DNA of 64,000 nt from Giardia intestinalis (lineage: Eukaryota): NCBI GenBank assembly GCA_000002435.2, contig CM018791.1; one strand, given 5' to 3'. The first letter of the stretch is position 1. Each line of letters starts with the position of its first letter. Below the pieces are notes generated by a model, which worked only from the letters and a program-made list of their open reading frames with translations, searched no databases and was not told where the DNA came from. Of this stretch, positions 62,301 through 64,000 are shown in pieces. Both the position numbers and the translations under genes were made by a program.

Positions 62301-64000
62301 TCTTCCATCCCATCGACCTGTCATTTGTAGCAAAGCTGGATGTCCCAACTGAAAGAGCGTATGTTTTGTCAATGCGAATAGAGTATAACGCGCGCTCTAT
62401 TTGTTTCAGCTCGCGAAGGGCTTGCTTATCAATACTAGCGTTTTGAACTAGCACCAGCACGAAGTCCAGTAGCTCATTGTTTTTCTCAAAAGCATCCAGA
62501 AGAAGCTGTGGCTTAACTGAGAAGGTTTTTTCTACAAAGACTCCGGTAAAAGACGTTATTCGTTGAAGGTGAATAGGTCGAAGGGAATCGCTGCTGACTT
62601 GATGAAGCAGCGTGACTGGTGGCACAAAGAGCAAAAGAACATTTTCTGCGTTGTCTAAATACTCGGTCCATGGCTCAAAAGAGACACTAAAGGCCACGTC
62701 CGGCATATCCCTTATGCGAGCCATAAAAGGCATATCGCTTCCACTTGAATCTGTGAGCTGTATCTTATCCTTGTACCGAGGGCCTATGACCTTGTTGATT
62801 AAATGCAAAATGTCTATCTTGTTTGTGTGAACGTCGATAAACTTCTCTTGGGCAAACTTCCGAGCCTGCCGTATCCCATAGGCAACGCGGTCAATGGCCA
62901 TAAGCAGCTCTATGTGCGGGTAAGATCGCAACGTTCTCTCGCTGTAGTGGTTATGGCACGAGTCTATATCAAAGAGCGTAATGGAGATGTCTGCTATTGG
63001 AGCAAGGATCTTGAGCATTGCAAAGGGAGAGGGATAGACCGGCATCTCCAAGAGTCTGGTTGAGCAGTCTGCAGCCAAAAGATAAACGCGCCAACGATCC
63101 AGGAGACGGATCAAACAGCAGAGCTCCATAAGAATGAACTTGTACTCTGAGAGAATGCGTCTCATATCGTATCTCTCTGCGTTACGCTGATAGGGGGCAG
63201 TTGACTTACGTACGGGGCGTTTGTATAGCTTGGCTGTTGAAAATATGTACTTGTGTCCAGGTACTTTGGATGACAGAGAATCCGGCACGTTGTTCCGGAG
63301 ACATATGATGCGCTGGTTGTTGGCTGTTTCTGACCCATCAATCTCACGAAAGCCCTTGAGAAGGGAGCTGTATGAAATGCGTTTTGTGTGGAGCTCAAAT
63401 CTACAAGAAACAGCAAGAGACTGAAGGAAATCCCGTTCGAATACTTGCGTGTTCTCCAAGGAGATACTAGCAACGGATTCTTTAGGAGCTAGCAAGAACC
63501 TGGTGGCTTCGGCGTGATGCTCCATTCTGGATTCTTCATCGCGAGATTGCGATTCATCTAACACTTCCGGCCCCTCTGGATTGTGTGCTTCACCGGAAGG
63601 AACCGTGGAAGCTGTGGCTTTCTTGAACTGATGGTTTGTCCGAAACGAGGAAGCCTTGGCGTAGTTTAAACTAGAAGAAGGATCTTTAGCTGAATGGGCC
63701 TCTGGTACTGAACTGTCTGGCTCCGAAGAAAAGGGGTCTAGCTGCAAATGATTAGATGCACAGTGATAGTCGTCCAAAGTTAGAAGCTTCAGCTCAAAGT
63801 TCTTACAAAGAATGGGGTACTTCTCAGCAAACGTGAGTGGCGCATTTCTGGCCTCACGAAATGACGGATAGTCTATAGTAAAGATGACCTTGAGGCCGTC
63901 TGCAATAGAAAAGGCAATCTGCGCAATCCAATTGTCTACCGCGCTAACGTAGTCTGCATATGCATTAATGCGACTAGAGATACTTTGTGAATGCTTCTTT
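47329..64000 (-). CDS. giant hypothetical protein (more than 5480 aa) with a single Walker-A P-loop; 5' end lies outside the window
   Basis: One uninterrupted minus-strand reading frame runs from the window edge to the stop at 47329. The 63777 'start' in the ORF track is a TTG, and the frame stays open to 64000. It contains LALVGERGSGKTTILDAAKIL. No dynein-type multi-P-loop pattern and no other family signature was recognised. Confidence 0.7.
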   Translation of the reverse strand, partial: KKHSQSISSRINAYADYVSAVDNWIAQIAFSIADGLKVIFTIDYPSFREARNAPLTFAEKYPILCKNFELKLLTLDDYHCASNHLQLDPFSSEPDSSVPEAHSAKDPSSSLNYAKASSFRTNHQFKKATASTVPSGEAHNPEGPEVLDESQSRDEESRMEHHAEATRFLLAPKESVASISLENTQVFERDFLQSLAVSCRFELHTKRISYSSLLKGFREIDGSETANNQRIICLRNNVPDSLSSKVPGHKYIFSTAKLYKRPVRKSTAPYQRNAERYDMRRILSEYKFILMELCCLIRLLDRWRVYLLAADCSTRLLEMPVYPSPFAMLKILAPIADISITLFDIDSCHNHYSERTLRSYPHIELLMAIDRVAYGIRQARKFAQEKFIDVHTNKIDILHLINKVIGPRYKDKIQLTDSSGSDMPFMARIRDMPDVAFSVSFEPWTEYLDNAENVLLLFVPPVTLLHQVSSDSLRPIHLQRITSFTGVFVEKTFSVKPQLLLDAFEKNNELLDFVLVLVQNASIDKQALRELKQIERALYSIRIDKTYALSVGTSSFATNDRSMGWKNAIDFAIITPANAEEICREALVTISLVLNNLGYVGTRYIDYTQSFDINLAYVASKSTILTARYLSEAFDAHRQYLQQWRYTQNVEEYARDLEALAQLMLFLITIFKRMPFVLQDLLTYQANANLINFTGPQETLFTNYHKKIIKDVAAPGDASPSPNQLAKRFGGAELTEAERAKLATRLKTEQGRKAFTVNILSKQDITTLQAACAAWRDVITKYCSVEEIMKKKSLGARILRNISTARSMSTSVPFLCIVINMNVLKTLSKHMLEVDAIHKRIHFYQDFAILQSFQDLATKSSTTTTFSPYYSVKTSDPETLSIGPRKFIPWSNGKNFPSALFCSSVCQVFCGCFPLKKSLFKLVTSLSYEVFHGMDEYLIDSSSIRGSIINGIRSGDESLMFTTPVEAPNVIYLVPDAVAAETRASFVDAVKKAWDEFAVAYMKFTGKGLHGEAPPEGFFTYLHLEQMAQSVSQSASSVTKSAPINEELERNKQKLASSPMIRDPDGFSNYLKTNLFRAVIIAISTWLLEKTRSLLFRFALVKNPTYNDLAELLDFFQNLILAVKINSMQKNPIYVKVFIQHMADWCEYLQDLKKILRGDDLNRILSMNNSITFTVYNPTTHDLYVTSSLSEFLITYGPHWIGAPTPLDIISAIPLQYRYAATSIVNGFSMGLPVFLLTAATRSIYTQEPTKLVLHTCHLLGRRLVCVCVAEFTFVKCLQRITACLCAGYVVLVFGLQYLPTPQILELVELSHSLRRKAGPLETLCVTHEISAAEKKKAIKSKLFFGSPELNYIQSRVTVKIADFSDFSDHGLLIFHLPELAPIITADKFFFAQKEEHEANPESQTSTTDPGPQSGGEELSKVQDNYAAVYHLTEHGKSCINAFKHSELVYLEFDQPESSFKKVSPEYYHTFCELNNFLASMGPLSCRLLASDVQMIYSRAKDKSDTSCVAAVTLDYILRQTGSFLSLKATRHELRSLTTVYSQFVCAAFGLDKMNSMHIGRLARNFLGTVESARVHLGLKYAETGDTYEMDKAKNAPIKQVSFLKYYTDSLSRYLSQQFQWYINMFSQAHQLSLQTVYDVLFCNDLLRSYKPVLVVVPQISYLKTFASILAAVRGWRMHYCFNATSVYSAHKAIQAIDLSDSIANDKPVQEHLIVIAPSNVSAFLQMFEIIISVSLGFPVLTDDKNLSQIQIDVTHGPHYLIVFSPSFLPDIIGYPLIKSICHRLILLPSIEGADGSKKICQGSLHIEEAQLLSLVHRNHMLWKRDLDAALEGMEHVNQYGDDPASPLSCALESVVTNYRSILLHSSLKDRLLITAEKRISALPTFVKGVISFYYDVITKIFGYGRSIEEVYLLRSIIYFNLCRNGVVTPRKRRLQNDFLKEICTVSDKFDQNTASACVQRISEVAMGQRGRDINAMTRILGAQYLTTTQMHEKSQKAGKHKSENTYVGHLSSDANVLQVKRKQLFVLGNLMQSRVRVSDDLYPFSEVAGFSKNTLMSLEAQMKKLTAEAGNSANVSEIINHTVLLNAENDIIPFGIGFQGSLSFGFTEKYLNEAFFHPKKHMTAFINICTPFFCAIWNACSLFYLTFTASSNWERLLAQGPKTAHDLLLKRYTKVIAELSELQKVSHGTFCSMIAAIVLILSEADQSLPSLKRECLASYTVSQKLSLAKLNHGLTNEQLMTGIRNTMQEVTHIVPKYMSGDTFSYLDYKFGINKEKKSKHYNHFHARVEFRTYKVGEGLLNNVILDADKVSLEKNILYIAEKTLCLRRKQAYEARLNKDTEEQANEAKGESGDDDDDLARGMAAKRQQKREKSDINEIILDKDRGERPSLHSLLDSPIYFDSHRAAILVVLGCAMLSPISLALVGERGSGKTTILDAAKILVRDMVDTNMILLSDLHSDSSTFSVLTGIAQKFTLRRAAQSSANRHSSTTAAIHDEDSNMILDYYSSLSFPSFHLHCSDCRSAEISEHIALLLRDHVILMDVAEKDVVLRKSYSQMPSSVILPNSIYPETLQSFKTGCASLSDCSFIIECDRFNTEIAQNAALTIKMPPLTEPFLRSLFLKVYPHHTESWIFQFINGYFLIKGSLPVGLINSFTVFDRLKNYNSFLMKDPADISDDMLATIEAYQTMGKHPGRLPPDSITSIIKANRDRELSNANIHSLFGALRNLSETNLVVLQGIIERFASLSILGYLDDEADNSGEDQLTALHKQQLAQKSQASSTTPWSDARLLVKGNFILVTAWERYVLNQSINYMTARREQGGTQTGTGMQQTATNKTLDTANIQITTKSTKSDIADAQASTFRLGNQYMINTLISHHVTEVDLRDSPVNLFKTLVDRSSFLSLNYRSTNPFWFVHLMSMVKLYGQDLDPFITCRALEAFLVIATRRELNLAKLNCLLTYGISIRSGGSMSSLYGEDPIFPTRLQILKHASIYAARILAYTKVATTGVPKDSSATDILTDPQQIAASLYSSDMSQEDREVITEVVDSLENEVKVAEDIARQEHEDGDEQTQFDGFPLLTMLSMKPNKAIIRIDNAPSNSYNQLVRLFAALGNYTILSSDRFKQTLTEMNRAAADEDPDDAQSEISKGSSRSKLSSMSAATSAVGLSETGKKSSQQRILIDVTTILSHLDGQTVLRTKRPPRGDRKEPKENLDLIDNLKKMIAELQSTSLYNSDTLDFLALIMILRVSFAMALGIKPEILLTAKSSANTVSPSLLNLGFSVNSALTTSLPSRVIGTGRGISQLPFAVMSWSEYLIKIEQYSKLLLEDHVNLDEVDVAPQGHDANKQVTRDTIMSKCLLHSPMNVLIMTPMSTLMRTSPTGVTAYSLLCRSLEPLNILQSIFDEEEIQCLCNLATFGLGLDIVADSRVLVSILSLTLSVVIIDDFPLNCADKIFSKDIMVVSSSECMRAKVLGSVKSPILELVTNLVDLHKEMRLSRATKKLEDAAQAQAKMAEKTDSKLTLVRPQVPDAPVQMKNFLEIMLQKRLHECNVNIVAMDKLDLFSLFQLSDCKLPTEVVLPTKVSVDWPLFHHTFMVASVGVYRFCSTNSINACPSMSVFTHLASQICNTILLKVADFMSILNTLFIALRLYEALASPSKTKPKTIDVTELSPDSVAKTIDQAVKAQVSQDDKNSDSASKRQRDLLTAIAEAVVMRDLIHTCIDALKTDFRIMAAAARSAALDSVAIAASLLFSIPGLVTEGTARDALLGGVFGDIPMKLLKLLDQSSTTANISCFNVMIVALYSSLGFSVDFPDPEAKKVDFNENSPTMICNATLQYGQFAFMGHLVELLGADWPILMLLKGFRIPWSMGDPAMLGLYSVAIRYITGSTVFCVDETLGVAAACFLEACKKQEAQGTLYYEQVASVIVHGMNPTNPRLNDVTNLLADLQKRVLVIDMRIPPREFSATLARGLSTGEYTFLFINMESRNTDTSNYTTLRKFMVLRSRKTIGKRQTIAIGSVTAITAQALHKYTIIFALSQGMSLGDVLINAGLFTQHFINTIAVCTHYSSPNRVALADTEMMLLQSQKHIMSQIFLESIFGESEGIRSRNERYRLNNVRFSRMINLASDQVKSYLMVHVLSLSTDKVSQMGTSFIRSADPTVAKREMEQAAMNQMVTQLTGSSDSIQHVCFAASFVLHASSSRKTEVSQLLSALKGLILLQQERCSMLSKDKEKEYKLVDTPVNIRCAIFDIVNTYGQALCDDIALAVNAIIYYLRKISAYHLPALIGYSRDFFIIFKITLVKAVSSFQGHLKEKYAKDPRFQHDFSEEYMLQNGLVSMQDENILAFCIRYDPGTLKNFLMSVMIPTLEARLINVFPPELSAGIWHLIHILFSTAIGDLSGISKERPYSINPLMENVTAPALSLFAVLRSSIKDITRLLTTQQIMGAFYMKSKFALTKIDADNADADVLNNIKHLIPEVTSMSPKVVMSWIFFCLLGRYNPVIANSLTWFLKHHAAFVCFSRCEQPFASVLAFYARANMAAGQHSTELTIKGAKDTEKKTALQQWYSSLMQDAMASNYQVFKLPPMLAKQDSQSFFAIFSLSNALKPELIIDTFEAMAVMLEKRCGPSAWQLSATMSVNAPKGLTGHFRSDMKISSAAERGELVQTYLQAMGLSFRNLLTFVGLPTKTSVGKDIEMPPDLASDCVMQLYDAYTFSFRVLERYNAKVQEIDADPQILKDKKMQHIMAMGPSPIQVTLIFFDKIISIDHVFTFIHLLPSNPYRTVRANFAKHLSFQDIIESITVAVADPALGGAALLQDVINILRQKLSIRKYDITYPIFIFVPSSSLFPSALNANHSSSPALTHLDSEHFTSLLYEISILTVPNYIYIQHPGTLSKAFVHYLNLCMVGITLLIMICFKVIDLEAVPNFQPPITMRGIVLLALKHSFLSYQSTIFMDDTRLFYKLKKVLLRAVTKQVQKYDKTSFKSCAFVNLTLLRDNSAILMNRVDSKQYKRVAKVIYSLNFGQLEALSKIIPTRLVVSEQQVHDEVVMRLLKETMRAKAQKAAKKKLRLAGSSDSEEDELSSSTSITESTLSLESSKASTQLTGMDGDGREGDFVGFDDGESIAGSDNLSSRGSSITTRSRGTSILRNNQGVQSAARCEEDDIYENLLVTIQIAAGDLTDERPIDTKKIEGTVRKLVEIEHRSLNTVTIPNLAAERASGTTRAGKFTEWLDILPFYNDISDLLDLVQQLRLYAYSTEETSDLQISRQKRYLVSAAQHSLPQEFYYRHLFSSNTTLNTLSTVVNPNFPSTMKIVNAARKTDLSKMTSALRTYVMAHEDFKRIPFGSPSRNLSSMYILKHIIPNVGLPDMFTVDGNVGFGSFPTHWIINVSTYGPILGDILNFVRMHSAVLTSTPINRQRIVVSIKKPSYMPQIREDGTIDTETKGTDRQNQCPFYVVLRNLELFRISYDAVLETVCADTVERAHGYNNCLELYAYCVVTNNTTTRQTSIAGSHRHTYLRVPANMVPVPIKIGGRIQPVVYLPNKTSISSEEWLEHNPFFGVRFI

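Noticed and set aside
1-64000. Prokaryotic-style features (operons, CRISPR arrays, defence islands, tRNA/rRNA genes)
   Set aside because: Gene content (VSP, PLK, kinesin, ankyrin 21.1, CAAX GTPases), AGTRAAY poly(A) signals and AT-rich initiators identify this as a Giardia nuclear sequence. No CRISPR-like short repeat arrays and no tRNA or rRNA structures were seen.

Overview
This window looks like a gene-dense nuclear segment of Giardia intestinalis (G. lamblia). Two copies of a 699-aa cysteine-rich surface protein carry the hallmark features of a Giardia variant-specific surface protein (VSP): a signal peptide, dozens of CXXC motifs, GGCY motifs, one transmembrane helix and the invariant C-terminal CRGKA tail. 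An AGTAAAC polyadenylation signal lies 12 nt after each stop. Genes are intronless, close-packed, and preceded by short AT-rich initiator regions. The supplied ORF track accepts TTG/GTG/CTG as starts, so several N-termini were re-called at the first ATG with an AT-rich upstream region. I call 20 protein-coding genes in total. Besides the two VSPs these are: cathepsin B, a WD40 protein, a 1220-aa coiled-coil protein, a divergent kinesin-like protein, polo-like kinase, a SAM-domain protein, an exosome S1/KH subunit (Rrp40-like), Rac, a second Ras-superfamily GTPase, an ankyrin 'protein 21.1', Fe-alcohol dehydrogenase, endonuclease III, a Cid1-like nucleotidyltransferase-motif protein, two very large hypothetical proteins (2206 aa and more than 5480 aa, the latter 5'-partial) and three smaller hypothetical proteins. 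The most striking structure is a ~15.1 kb palindrome (4917..20014). Two 6054-bp arms of ~99.9% identity each carry a VSP gene, in head-to-head orientation. The arms are separated by a ~3 kb asymmetric core that holds a frameshifted, dead non-LTR retrotransposon (reverse transcriptase plus a REL-type endonuclease remnant). The arm segments nearest the core contain diverged ~850-bp tandem repeats that run into the retroelement's 3' end. Arm identity decays gradually, not abruptly, toward the core. All identifications rest on motif recognition by eye; no database search was run.
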